Counted from the stretch's first letter, positions 22,066 through 31,871 are shown. The stretch: DNA of 64,000 nt from Candidatus Saccharimonadales bacterium (GCA_041752595.1 JBGSWE010000006.1:2259-66258), one strand, 5' to 3'. Notes: a model not told the origin generated them from the letters alone. Made by a program: numbers and translations.

Positions 22066-23436
22066 TTAAGCATACAAACGCTCCTTAATTTCGCTAACGT
22101 GCTGGCGAATTATTGCATCAAAGGTAAGTTCTTTTTCAACCTTTTCTACTGAATGAATAGCCGTAGTGTGATCTTTGCGGCCAAGTTCGCGGGCAATCTT
22201 AGGAAAACTAAGATGCAGCTCACTGCGTAATATATACATTGCGATTTGGCGGGGAACTACTATATCTTTATCTCTTTTTGGTCCTAAAATGTCCTCCAAA
22301 GAAATTTGGAAATGCTTACTGACTCGTTCGACAACCTGGCGTGCGCTCAAGTGTTTTGGCCTAGTCTTGTTTGCACTTAATAGGCTAGACACGATAGCAA
22401 CATCAGGCTCTAGGTTTCGCATTTCACAAAAAGCAATTAGTTGATTAAGAGCCCCTTCAAGTTCACGAATATTTGTTTGAATATGGTTAGCTAAATAATC
22501 CACAACATCACTTGGCAAAATTATGCCAAGAACCTCTGCTTTAGATTGAACAATAGCACAGCGTGTTTCAAAGTCAGGGTTCTGCATATCAATGCTCATG
22601 CCCCATGCAAAACGGCTGCGCAAACGCTCTTCTAGTGTTGGGATATCTTTTGGTGGTTTGTCAGAACTAATAATTATCTGTTTGTTAGCTTGGTGTAGGG
22701 CGTTAAAGGTATGAAAAAATTCTTCCTGAGTTTTGTCTTTACCAGCAATAAACTGCATGTCATCAATTATTAACACATCAGCATTTCTATAGTATCCCGC
22801 AAAGTCGGTGTTTTTCTTGTACCTAACTGCGTCAATAAATTCCTGAACAAATTGCTCAGTCGACACGTAGACAATTCTTGCACCGGGATTCTTTTCTGCG
22901 ACTGCATTTCCAACCGCTTGAATCAGGTGAGTTTTGCCAATTCCTACACCACCATACAAAAATAGCGGATTATATTTGGTGCCAGGGTTTGCGGCAATTG
23001 CTTGGCAAGCAGCGTGGGCAAGTTCGTTACCAGAACCAACTATAAAACTATCAAAAGTGTATTTTTCGTTCAGACCCTGCCTGTAGCTATGGCTTAACGA
23101 GTTGCTCATATTTGGTCTTACTGGGTCAGAAGCAGTTACTGTATTTAGGCTCAGTGGTTCGTCGTAGCTTCGTTGTCGGTTAGCAGAAATATCGCTATGG
23201 ATTTTATACTCTACGCTCTCAGGATTAATATTGTTTTTGGCCAAAGTTTCAACTATTAGATCGTTGTATTTACGCTCTAGTTGTTGTTTTACAAAAACAT
23301 TCGGTACGCCAATTGTCAGGACTTCGTCTTTGAATCTAAGTAGCTTAGTGCTTTTAAACCAGGTTACGTAATTTCCGTGAGAAACAGACAGCTCGATTTC
23401 GCCTAAGACTGCCTGCCATAATCTATCGTCCTGCAC
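22066..23436 (-). CDS. dnaA: chromosomal replication initiator DnaA
   Basis: AAA+ Walker A GGVGIGKTHL, DVLIIDDMQF, and the C-terminal DNA-binding helix-turn-helix (...HTTAIHSVEKV). Confidence 0.95.
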   Translation of the reverse strand: MQDDRLWQAVLGEIELSVSHGNYVTWFKSTKLLRFKDEVLTIGVPNVFVKQQLERKYNDLIVETLAKNNINPESVEYKIHSDISANRQRSYDEPLSLNTVTASDPVRPNMSNSLSHSYRQGLNEKYTFDSFIVGSGNELAHAACQAIAANPGTKYNPLFLYGGVGIGKTHLIQAVGNAVAEKNPGARIVYVSTEQFVQEFIDAVRYKKNTDFAGYYRNADVLIIDDMQFIAGKDKTQEEFFHTFNALHQANKQIIISSDKPPKDIPTLEERLRSRFAWGMSIDMQNPDFETRCAIVQSKAEVLGIILPSDVVDYLANHIQTNIRELEGALNQLIAFCEMRNLEPDVAIVSSLLSANKTRPKHLSARQVVERVSKHFQISLEDILGPKRDKDIVVPRQIAMYILRSELHLSFPKIARELGRKDHTTAIHSVEKVEKELTFDAIIRQHVSEIKERLYA

Positions 23437-23721
23437 TTGTGTTAACCCCCAAAGAATTGCTGATACAACTAACTATACAAAAAAACAGGAGTTTTCCACA
23501 AGTATCTAGGTGAAAAATATAAAAAACTACATTTTCTTCAAAAACAGAGGCTTACTTATGCACAGTTTTTGCTAACACCTAAGAATCTGTGGAAATCCCT
23601 TGAGAAAAAGGGGATAAGCTGGTACAATTGCTTGGTTATCATTGTCAATTTGACATACCCTCTAGACAACATGCTCGAGCTGGTGTTATGTCGATCTAAT
23701 AAGTTCTAAGGATTCAATCAC
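23437..23721. promoter_or_regulatory. putative oriC / dnaA-rpmH divergent control region with DnaA-box-like 9-mers
   Basis: TTTTCCACA at 23492-23500, TTATGCACA at 23556-23564 and TGTGGAAAT at 23588-23596, each 1-2 mismatches from TTATCCACA. AT-rich stretch at 23512-23545. A further CTTTCCACA sits at 22023-22031 in the dnaA-dnaN spacer. Confidence 0.5.
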
Positions 23722-23859
23722 ATGCCAAAACGAACATTTCAACCCAAGAAACGCAAGCGCGCAAAAGAGCACGGTTTCTTTGCACGCATGAAAACCCGCG
23801 CCGGCAAAAACGTGCTCGCACGTCGCCGAATTAAGGGCCGCAAAAAACTAACAGCCTAA
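23722..23859 (+). CDS. rpmH: 50S ribosomal protein L34
   Basis: [45 protein letters not shown] (45 aa). It is below the ORF-track cutoff and was found by hand. Confidence 0.95.
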   Translation: MPKRTFQPKKRKRAKEHGFFARMKTRAGKNVLARRRIKGRKKLTA

Positions 23860-23885
23860 GACGCTAGTTTCATAGAAAATATTAA

Positions 23886-23920
23886 ATAGATGATAGGCTA
23901 CGGTTTATCATCTATTTTTT
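23886..23920 (+). terminator. rho-independent terminator after rpmH
   Basis: atagatgata ... tatcatctat stem followed by TTTTTT. Confidence 0.6.
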
Positions 23921-23943
23921 ATTGTCAATTATCCTATCAACTT

Positions 23944-23964
23944 TTATCTATTATCTATTATCTA
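23944..23964. repeat. three perfect tandem heptamers (TTATCTA)x3 upstream of rnpA
   Basis: ttatcta at 23944-23950, 23951-23957 and 23958-23964. Confidence 0.9.
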
Positions 23965-23979
23965 TAAACTACTATTAGA

Positions 23980-24321
23980 ATGCTTTCATACACAAATAGA
24001 TTTCATGGTTACGGCAGTGTCCGTAGAGCTTACCGACTAGGCAAGCCAGTTCGTAGTGGCATGGCAACTCTGCACATACTTCGCAACGAAAAAGTTAAGC
24101 GCACCAAGGTGGCGGTTGTAGTTAGTCGCAAGGTAGACAAGTCAGCGGTTAGACGCAACCGTATTCGTAGGCGTGTCTACGAGATAGTTAGAGCTGACTT
24201 GCCACGCATAGATCGCCCAACTGAAATTGTTATTACAGTTTATAGCGCCGAGTTAGCCACTTTGCCATCCGACCAACTAAAAGACCTTATCCACGAACTA
24301 TTCAACAAGGCCGAGCTCTAG
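23980..24321 (+). CDS. rnpA: ribonuclease P protein component
   Basis: A basic 113-aa protein (…VVVSRKVDKSAVRRNRIRRRVYE…) in the canonical position after rpmH. Confidence 0.85.
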   Translation: MLSYTNRFHGYGSVRRAYRLGKPVRSGMATLHILRNEKVKRTKVAVVVSRKVDKSAVRRNRIRRRVYEIVRADLPRIDRPTEIVITVYSAELATLPSDQLKDLIHELFNKAEL

Positions 24322-24384
24322 CGCACAAGCATCAAAACTGGTATCATATACAGATAACTGACCAGTGAAGGAGCAACAATTCTT

Positions 24385-25362
24385 ATGTTTACCACGCTCA
24401 TCGTTCAACCAATATTTAACCTGCTAGTACTCATATACGCGCTTTTGCCCGGCCACAATTTTGGCTTGGCTATCATTATATTTACGATAATTATTCGTTT
24501 GCTAATGTGGCCGCTCGTTAAAAAGCAGCTACATAACGCCAAGGCAATGCGCAAGCTTCAGCCAGAACTAAAGCGCATCAAAAAAGAATCCGGCGGCGAT
24601 AGACAACGCGAATCGGCTCTAGTTATGGAGCTATATAAAGAGCGCGGCGTTAATCCTTTTAGCTCAATTGGTCTATTGTTGGTTCAGCTCCCAATCCTTA
24701 TTGGATTGTATGCTGGGTTGCAAAAAATAATTGCCGATCCGTACAACATCGTTAACTTTGCTTATCCTTTTATTCAAAACCTGCCAAGCATTCAAGAGTT
24801 AGCAACCGACATTGGCATGCTAGACATGACTCTGTTTGGGTTTATCGATCTCAGCCGTGCAGCACTAGGCGATGGTGGGATTTATTGGCCAGCCATGGCA
24901 CTAGTAATCGGTAGTGCCGTCACTCAGTTTTACCAGAGCAAACAACTCATGCCAGACGACAAAGACGCCCGTAAGCTCCGCCAGATTTTACGAGACGCCG
25001 GCACCGGCCAACAAGCCGATTCAAGCGAAGTCAACGCAGCCGTTATGCGTAACACCAAGTTTTTTATACCGGTAATGATATTTTTCTTTACTGTTAATAT
25101 CGCCTCAGCCCTTAGTCTTTACTGGCTTACTAGTGGTTTGGTTGCAATGATTCAGCAGGCAAGAGTACTCAAGAAAGACGAAGTCGAGATAGAAACAGAC
25201 CTCCATAAAGATGACAAAAAGACGGTCAAAAAATCTGACAAGAAGAAGGTTACTTCAACAGCTCGAGTTATCAGTGTCCATACTGAAGGCGCTGAAGTAA
25301 AAGAAAAAGCAAAAACCACTACCAAAGCCAAAAAATCTAAAAGCAAAAAGAAAAGGAGGTAA
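24385..25362 (+). CDS. yidC: membrane protein insertase YidC (short Gram-positive type)
   Basis: LLMWPLVKKQLHNAKAMRKLQPELKRIK..., multiple TM segments and a Lys-rich C-terminal tail. Synteny rnpA-yidC-jag. Confidence 0.9.
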   Translation: MFTTLIVQPIFNLLVLIYALLPGHNFGLAIIIFTIIIRLLMWPLVKKQLHNAKAMRKLQPELKRIKKESGGDRQRESALVMELYKERGVNPFSSIGLLLVQLPILIGLYAGLQKIIADPYNIVNFAYPFIQNLPSIQELATDIGMLDMTLFGFIDLSRAALGDGGIYWPAMALVIGSAVTQFYQSKQLMPDDKDARKLRQILRDAGTGQQADSSEVNAAVMRNTKFFIPVMIFFFTVNIASALSLYWLTSGLVAMIQQARVLKKDEVEIETDLHKDDKKTVKKSDKKKVTSTARVISVHTEGAEVKEKAKTTTKAKKSKSKKKRR

Positions 25363-25364
25363 TT

Positions 25365-25883
25365 GTGGAAGAATCAATTCAATACGCTAAAAAATATCTA
25401 GAAGACCTACTCTCATTCTTTGGTCTTAACACAGAAGTCTATGCTACCGCCGACGAAGACGTAATCGAGCTTAATATTCCATCAACTCACCTAAACGGTT
25501 TTTTGATTGGCCAGCGTGGCGACACCGTAAGATCTTTGCAGTTTTTGGTCAGCCAGGCTCTACGCAACAACGGTTACGAATACGCCCGGGTTAACGTAGA
25601 TGTGGCAGATTACAAAAAGCAGCGCGCTGATCATCTTGCTGAGGTTGCCCAGGATTGGATAAAACAAGTTAAAGAAACAAATCAACCAATGTCACTAAAA
25701 CCAATGAGCCCAGCAGATCGACGCACCGTTCACAAAACCGCCTCAGAATCAGGAATTGCCACAGAATCAGTTGGCGAGGGCAGGGACAGGCATATTGTTT
25801 TGAAACCCAGTGGTGAAGCTCCAACAGAGTCCGCCGAATCTATAGAAGAGCCTGAAGTAGAAGAAGAAACCTCAGAAAAATAG
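25365..25883 (+). CDS. jag: Jag/KhpB-like RNA-binding protein (KH + R3H domains)
   Basis: GTG start. The R3H region is MSPADRRTVHKTASESGIATESVGEGRDRHIVLKP. It lies downstream of yidC. Confidence 0.8.
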   Translation: MEESIQYAKKYLEDLLSFFGLNTEVYATADEDVIELNIPSTHLNGFLIGQRGDTVRSLQFLVSQALRNNGYEYARVNVDVADYKKQRADHLAEVAQDWIKQVKETNQPMSLKPMSPADRRTVHKTASESGIATESVGEGRDRHIVLKPSGEAPTESAESIEEPEVEEETSEK

Positions 25884-26020
25884 CCTAAGAGTTCTCCAAA
25901 ATATGCAAAAATCATAACCAAAGGTAGTGGACCTTCATGCGACGCAATCAGTCCTGAATGCTGCCGTAGTTCTATTTGTGCAGCCTTTACAAAGTTTAGT
26001 CAAAGGTGTATACTTTTGGT

Positions 26021-26302
26021 ATGAGCAAATATGCAGTAATCAATTTAAAGACTGACCCTGAGCTAAAGAAGCTTGCTGCTAAGACGGCAGATAAGCTGGG
26101 TATTAGCGTGAGTGCAGTTTTAAATAATGAACTTCGACGCTTTGCCACTGAGCAGAGTGTTACTTTTGATGTGCCTGAAGTACCAAATACAAAGACAGCT
26201 AAAGAATTAGCTTCTTCAAAAAAGCAAATTGATGCAGGTGATTATCATAAGTTCAAAAGCAACAACAAGGCACTAGAATTTTTAGCCGATGAACTCGTAT
26301 GA
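26021..26302 (+). CDS. type II antitoxin, RelB/DinJ-like
   Basis: INLKTDPELKKLAAKTADKLGISVSAVLNNELRRF resembles a ribbon-helix-helix antitoxin. ATGA overlap with the toxin gene. The track start at 26006 is a GTG. Confidence 0.65.
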   Translation: MSKYAVINLKTDPELKKLAAKTADKLGISVSAVLNNELRRFATEQSVTFDVPEVPNTKTAKELASSKKQIDAGDYHKFKSNNKALEFLADELV

Positions 26303-26556
26303 AGATCTCCTACTCCAAAAATTTTATAAAACAGTCAAAAAAACTTAGTCCAAAGTTACGAAAACAACTAGTCCAGCGTATTACCATATTTAGTAACAAC
26401 CCACTTGATTCGCAGTTGAGGGATCATCAATTAAAGGGTAAGTACAAGCAATATCGCAGTATTGATATAACTGGTGATTTTAGGGCCTTATATTTGCTAA
26501 TTAGTGATGAAGCAATCTTTGATATAGTCGGAACCCATTCTCAATTGTATAGCTAA
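26299..26556 (+). CDS. type II toxin, RelE/YafQ-family mRNA interferase
   Basis: 85 aa. LRDHQLKGKYKQYRSIDITGDFRALY matches the YafQ/RelE H-x-L-x-G ... D-x-R signature. Confidence 0.7.
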   Translation: MKISYSKNFIKQSKKLSPKLRKQLVQRITIFSNNPLDSQLRDHQLKGKYKQYRSIDITGDFRALYLLISDEAIFDIVGTHSQLYS

Positions 26557-26699
26557 AAAGTTTGAGTCTAACTGCTGATCAGTTCACGTTTCCAGCGAAT
26601 TAATTCAGTTGTAGTTAGGTTCCAATACGACTGGACGCACTCTATACAAGTTAAATACTATGTTTTTAGTTCTTAAGCTTGTTCTGTCATACTATTGTT

Positions 26700-27584
26700 A
26701 TGAAAATAGCTGTAATTGGTGCGACTGGGTATATTGGCCATAATCTTATTAATAAATTACTCAAAGAAACAGATGCCGTTGTGGTGGCTATTGCCCCAAA
26801 CGTTTCTAAACTAGATATAGAACATGAACGGCTTTCTAAGGTAGATGTCGATGTTTTTGATACCTCCTATCTTAGGGAGGCGCTGCACGGTTGCGCAGTG
26901 GCCTATTATCTAATACATATGATGGCTCAGCACAAAATAGATTTTGCCGAGGCAGAATCAAGGGCTGCCAGCTCTTTTGCCGAGGCTGCCAGTATTGCAG
27001 GCGTGGACAGGGTTATTTATTTGGGTGGTCTCGGTAACGATGCCGATAACTTATCTAAGCATTTGGCTAGTCGACATAAAACTGGTGAGCTACTGCGTGG
27101 CGGTACGGTGCACCACGTTATAGAATTTAGAGCATCTATGGTTATAGGCAAGGGCAGTATATCTTATGACATTATTGCCAATTTAGTTCACAAGCTACCT
27201 ATTTTGACGCTTCCGGCTTGGTCCAAGACATTAACTCAGCCAATTGGGCTAGAAGATGCCCTGAAGTATCTTGTAGCAGCGATTGATGTGCAGATAAGTA
27301 AGCATGAGATTATAGAAATTGGTGGGCCAGAAGCTATGAGCTACAAAGAACTGATGAAACGATTCGCAAAGTGGAAGGGTACTAAGGCTTGGTTTGTAGA
27401 TATGCCGATTATACCTGTTAGCATCGCCGCCTGGTGGCTAAACTTGTTTACGCCTGGTAAGCACGCCAAGGTGGGCAGGGCAATGGTGGAGTCGCTTGGT
27501 AATCCTATGATTGTGACTAATGAGCGGAGTCATGAGTTATTTCCGGATATTCATCCTATTCCTATTGAAGAGACTTTTGTTTAA
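26700..27584 (+). CDS. NAD(P)H-binding SDR/NmrA-like protein
   Basis: MKIAVIGATGYIGHNLINKLL is a Rossmann motif. The track ORF begins 7 codons upstream. Confidence 0.65.
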   Translation: MKIAVIGATGYIGHNLINKLLKETDAVVVAIAPNVSKLDIEHERLSKVDVDVFDTSYLREALHGCAVAYYLIHMMAQHKIDFAEAESRAASSFAEAASIAGVDRVIYLGGLGNDADNLSKHLASRHKTGELLRGGTVHHVIEFRASMVIGKGSISYDIIANLVHKLPILTLPAWSKTLTQPIGLEDALKYLVAAIDVQISKHEIIEIGGPEAMSYKELMKRFAKWKGTKAWFVDMPIIPVSIAAWWLNLFTPGKHAKVGRAMVESLGNPMIVTNERSHELFPDIHPIPIEETFV

Positions 27585-27635
27585 AGGTTTTTGAACTTCT
27601 TTATATAGACAACAGGGGAGTGGGGAGATACCTAT

Positions 27636-28748
27636 CTATTTTCCTGATAGAACAGAGCTATATACTTCGAGTGTTTCTTTTGCCATCTTTTCCCAAGAAA
27701 AGCAAATAACTCGTGCTTCCCCATTAGTTCGTAATTTGTTCGCATAATCTGGTGAGGTTATGATGTCGCTTACCACTGCTGCCATATGCTTTGGATCATT
27801 TGGGTTAAAGTATGCAGCTGCATCTTCGTAAACTTCCGGCAAACATGTCGCATTACTGCTAGCAAGTGGCGCCCTGTGCACCATGGCTTCTAGACCTGGT
27901 AAACCAAAACCTTCTGACAAGCTTGGTAATACATAGCAGTCTGTATTTTCGTATAACCACTTTAGTCCCCCATCGCTTATAAAGCCTGGGATGATAATAT
28001 CTTTTCTAAATTCATGATTTTCTAGATCTTTAATAAGTTGGTCAAAATAATATTCTTTCTTCCCTGCCAAAACTAATTGCAAGTCCGGGTGCTTATCTTT
28101 TTTAAGTAAGGTAAATGCCTCAACCAAGCGCTCGATGTTCTTGTGTGGAAAGGGGCTACCAACATGCATGATAAACGGCTGCTTAACATCAGCTAACGGT
28201 TCGGACTTTATAGGCAAAGGGGGTTCGCTGGCTTCGTAGGTAACGGCTATTTTGTTTTTGGTAAATTTATGAAGTTTTATAATATCTTGTTTTACGTATT
28301 CGGTGCCGACAATAATAACTCTGGCAACTCGGTGACTATGCCACAAGGTCAAACGGTAGCCGGCCATACGTAGCCAATGTAGCGGCAAGGGCAAGCGCCC
28401 TGCCCGCGTGTAGCGCAGCATAGTTAAGTCGTGAGTTGTAGTTACGCGTTTGCCACTATAAAACATTGGTTCTTGTGGCGACATAGCAAAATGTACTAGG
28501 TCGGGCCTAAGCTTACTTAGAAACCGAGCATAGGTAAAATGATCAGCTGGGTTAAAGCTAAACTTTTTATAAGGGCAAGGTAGGGTGCTAAAATTCTTGG
28601 CACTTGGCTTCCAGTTATCCTTAGGATCAAGCAAAACCGTGTAGCGATTTTCTGTGTCTAAAGTCTGCAGGTGCTCGAGCAACCTATCAACATAACGCCC
28701 AGTAGAAGACGGACGAATTCTCGCATCAATGACTATATGCTTGGACAT
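27636..28748 (-). CDS. glycosyltransferase family 4 (GT-B)
   Basis: C-terminal signature PSLSEGFGLPGLEAMVHRAPLASSNATCLPEV. Confidence 0.8.
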   Translation of the reverse strand: MSKHIVIDARIRPSSTGRYVDRLLEHLQTLDTENRYTVLLDPKDNWKPSAKNFSTLPCPYKKFSFNPADHFTYARFLSKLRPDLVHFAMSPQEPMFYSGKRVTTTHDLTMLRYTRAGRLPLPLHWLRMAGYRLTLWHSHRVARVIIVGTEYVKQDIIKLHKFTKNKIAVTYEASEPPLPIKSEPLADVKQPFIMHVGSPFPHKNIERLVEAFTLLKKDKHPDLQLVLAGKKEYYFDQLIKDLENHEFRKDIIIPGFISDGGLKWLYENTDCYVLPSLSEGFGLPGLEAMVHRAPLASSNATCLPEVYEDAAAYFNPNDPKHMAAVVSDIITSPDYANKLRTNGEARVICFSWEKMAKETLEVYSSVLSGK

Positions 28749-28764
28749 TGATACAATTATACCA

Positions 28765-30087
28765 ATGAACCTTGTTAAGCGGACATCACTTTATATCTTT
28801 TACGGGCTTTTAGCCTATATGCCTCTCCATATCTTTTTGTCTACCTGGTTGGGTACTAGTTTTGGCATACTTGAGTTTACAAAGATTTTTAAAGACATAG
28901 TTCTAGTTATTGGGTTTTTGTTAGCGTTTGTTGCAAGTGTTAGGCAGCCTTGGTTTAAGTCATTACTAAAGGATAAGCTAGTTTGGTTGATTGGTGACTA
29001 TGCTGCCCTTACCCTGCTACTAGCAATAATAAAACCAAATGATCAAGACGCAGAACTACTTGGAGTTGTATATAATCTAAGATTTTTACTGTTCTTTCTT
29101 TATGGTTGGTTACTCGCTAGGTTATTCGAGCCGCAACAGATTGTAAAAACTGCCACCAAGCTAGTTTTGGCCGTAGGGGTAGTGGTGTTGCTATTTGGCG
29201 TCGTGCAGTACACATTACTTCCAGATAATGCCCTAACGAGCGTTGGTTACAGTCGGGCTAACGGCGTGTTGCCAGCCTTTTTTATAGATAACAAACCAGA
29301 TCTAGAACGAGTCATGTCTACTGTGCGTGATCCTAACTCGCTAGGCTCATACATAATTATTATTATTTCCATTGCCCTTAGTTATTTCCTGCTTAGCAAA
29401 AACAAAAACGTCAAACAAGTTGCGCTCGGGCTGTTGTTACTTGGCACGCTGTGTCTGTACTTTACATTTTCTCGTAGTGCTTGGCTGGGAATGTTTGTAG
29501 CCTTGGCGGTCCTAGCGGCGCTGATATTAAAAGAAAACAATAAACTAAGGTTAAACAAAAAATATATTATTGCCGCTTTTGTTACGGCGGTTATTGGACT
29601 TGCTTCTGTCTATGCTCTGCGTGATACATACCTTGTGCAAAACATTATTTTTCATAGTGATGAACAAACAGTGCTAGAAGATCCAAATGAACTAAGGATT
29701 AGGTTTTGGCAAGAATCAGTAGCCGCAGCGGTACTACAACCAGGCGGTTTTGGGCCGGGAACAGCAGGGCTAGCATCTATCAGAAACGAAAAACAAGGCA
29801 CTATCCTAAATGAAAACTACTACTTACAGATACTATATGAGGTTGGAATGCTCGGGTTGATACTATTTATCGCCATACTTATTTATGTGGCGGTGCGTTT
29901 ATATAGAGTTTCACACACCAGCCCATTAGTCCTGGCGCTACTTGCGTCATTAGCTGGCTTGATGCTAACTAATTTCCTGGTACACATCTGGACTAACGAA
30001 GCCGTAGCCTACACCTGGTGGGGCCTGACTGGATTAAGTATTATTGTCGTCAAACGTCGGAATCCTCGGCGGGCGCGAGTGCGTTAG
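28765..30087 (+). CDS. O-antigen ligase/polymerase-family (Wzy_C-like) polytopic membrane protein
   Basis: About 10-12 TM segments and the FTFSRSAWLG motif. The ATG at 28765 avoids overlapping the divergent GT4 gene. Confidence 0.65.
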   Translation: MNLVKRTSLYIFYGLLAYMPLHIFLSTWLGTSFGILEFTKIFKDIVLVIGFLLAFVASVRQPWFKSLLKDKLVWLIGDYAALTLLLAIIKPNDQDAELLGVVYNLRFLLFFLYGWLLARLFEPQQIVKTATKLVLAVGVVVLLFGVVQYTLLPDNALTSVGYSRANGVLPAFFIDNKPDLERVMSTVRDPNSLGSYIIIIISIALSYFLLSKNKNVKQVALGLLLLGTLCLYFTFSRSAWLGMFVALAVLAALILKENNKLRLNKKYIIAAFVTAVIGLASVYALRDTYLVQNIIFHSDEQTVLEDPNELRIRFWQESVAAAVLQPGGFGPGTAGLASIRNEKQGTILNENYYLQILYEVGMLGLILFIAILIYVAVRLYRVSHTSPLVLALLASLAGLMLTNFLVHIWTNEAVAYTWWGLTGLSIIVVKRRNPRRARVR

Positions 30088-31023
30088 AATGCTGTCTATA
30101 TATTCAACAGATACTTTGCGGTTTTGCTGATTAACTTTTCTGACTTTTACTGTTTTAAAGTGCAGCCTAAATGCTGCAAGACTACCACGCATAAATACGC
30201 CAAATTTGCGGCGTGCAATAGACGTTAGGGCCATGCGTCCAAATTGTAGAGCGAAGGGGATCATATATTTTAGGTAAAGTTTGAGCGGCATGTTGCGGGC
30301 ATAAAGTAGCAAGAAATTCTTAGCTGAATGATAACGGGCAAAATCACCCATTTTTGAACTTGTGCCACCAACGCCGTGATAAGCCTCGGCTTTTGGTGTG
30401 TAGCGAACTTTCCAGCCAGCCATCTGGGTACGGAAACTAATATCTACATCCTCAAAATAGGCAAAAAAGTCTTCATCAAATAAACCAATCTGGTTAAATA
30501 GCCCTGCTCTGTACAGGCTAGCTCCGCCAGATGCTCCAAATACTTCCTCGGCTTTATCATACTGTCCTTTATCTTGTTGATTGCGTCCACGAGGGAAAGG
30601 CAAACCCCAGATGGTATAAAAATCGCCAGTACTATCAATGTATTTTTTGTCTGTGCGCAGCAACTTGCCGGTGATTATGCCAGCTTTAGGATAAGAACTA
30701 GCCTCTTTAACTAATTCTTTGAGCCAGTTTCTATCTGCAACCGCATCATTATTAAACAGTGCTATAAATTCAGCACCCTGTTCCAGTGCATATTTGATGC
30801 CGCGGTTTACTCCACCAGCAAAGCCGGCGTTATCTGGGAATTCTAACAGAGTTACATTAGGAAATTTGGTTTTGACTAACTTAACTGAATTATCTGTAGA
30901 GCCATTCTCCACCACTATAACCTGGCATTTTTCTGTTTGATTTTCTAAAGACTCTAAACACGGGGCCAGCATATCTGCTCCGTTCCAGTTTGGGATAACT
31001 ACAAAGGTTGTGTTTTTAGCCAT
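30034..31023 (-). CDS. glycosyltransferase family 2
   Basis: FVVIPNWNGADML...VVENGSTDNS...NAGFAGGVNRG...FNNDAV. The pattern resembles rhamnosyltransferases. Confidence 0.8.
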   Translation of the reverse strand: MAKNTTFVVIPNWNGADMLAPCLESLENQTEKCQVIVVENGSTDNSVKLVKTKFPNVTLLEFPDNAGFAGGVNRGIKYALEQGAEFIALFNNDAVADRNWLKELVKEASSYPKAGIITGKLLRTDKKYIDSTGDFYTIWGLPFPRGRNQQDKGQYDKAEEVFGASGGASLYRAGLFNQIGLFDEDFFAYFEDVDISFRTQMAGWKVRYTPKAEAYHGVGGTSSKMGDFARYHSAKNFLLLYARNMPLKLYLKYMIPFALQFGRMALTSIARRKFGVFMRGSLAAFRLHFKTVKVRKVNQQNRKVSVEYIDSILTHSRPPRIPTFDDNNT

Positions 31024-31070
31024 AGTTCCTAGTTATTATAGGCCAGAACAGATATAATAATCTAATCTAG

Positions 31071-31871
31071 ATGAAACATATTGTGTCCAAACAAAATCGT
31101 GCGTTGCTGTCAGAGCTCGTACGCACAGACTTCAAACTCCGCTATCAGGGTTCTGTTCTTGGGTATGCCTGGTCGCTGTTGCGACCGCTATTTACGTTTG
31201 TTATTTTGTACATTGTATTTACTAAGTTTATTAGGCTCGGCGATAGTATTCCAAACTACCCACTGTATTTGCTACTTGGTATTATTTTGTGGCAGTTTTT
31301 TTCAGATATGACCAACCAAAGCCTAGCATCGATTGTTGCCAGGGGTGATTTGATTCGTAAGATTCGTATACCACGCTGGATGATAGTCTTAACCAGTAGT
31401 GTTTCTGCAGTAATTAACTTACTACTAAACCTTGTAGTATTTGGTGTGTTTATGGCAATCAATCAAGTACCGGTTGCTGTATCGGTTGTGTGGTTACCAA
31501 TTGCCCTGTTAGAGATCTACGTATTTGGGCTTGGGCTGTCATTGTTTTTATCTGCGGCTTATGTGAAGTACCGCGACCTCAGCTTTATTTGGGAAGTTGT
31601 TATACAAGCAGGATTTTATATGACACCAATTATCTACCCACTAAGTATAATTTCCAACCTAACCGTGCAGAAGTTATTGTTATTAAATCCTGTCGCTCAA
31701 GCAATTCAAGACGCCCGTAATGTTGTTGTTACCACCGAGACTATTACAATTGCAGAAGTTTGGGGAACTCCAGCCGCCCGGCTGATACCAGTGGCAATCA
31801 GTCTCATAGTTTTAGTGCTAGGAATTTTGTATTTTAAACGAGAAGCCAAATACTTCGCGGAGAACCTATAA
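31071..31871 (+). CDS. ABC-2 type polysaccharide/teichoic-acid exporter permease (Wzm/TagG-like)
   Basis: N-terminal LVRTDFKLRYQGSVLGYAWSLLRP, six TM segments, and the ATPase gene follows. Confidence 0.85.
   Translation: MKHIVSKQNRALLSELVRTDFKLRYQGSVLGYAWSLLRPLFTFVILYIVFTKFIRLGDSIPNYPLYLLLGIILWQFFSDMTNQSLASIVARGDLIRKIRIPRWMIVLTSSVSAVINLLLNLVVFGVFMAINQVPVAVSVVWLPIALLEIYVFGLGLSLFLSAAYVKYRDLSFIWEVVIQAGFYMTPIIYPLSIISNLTVQKLLLLNPVAQAIQDARNVVVTTETITIAEVWGTPAARLIPVAISLIVLVLGILYFKREAKYFAENL

Noticed and set aside
21777-22152. ORFs 21777..22073 (minus) and 21928..22152 (plus) between dnaN and dnaA.
   Set aside because: They have no motif support, overlap each other, and fall in the dnaA-dnaN spacer that carries DnaA-box-like sites. 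They are more likely non-coding origin or regulatory DNA.
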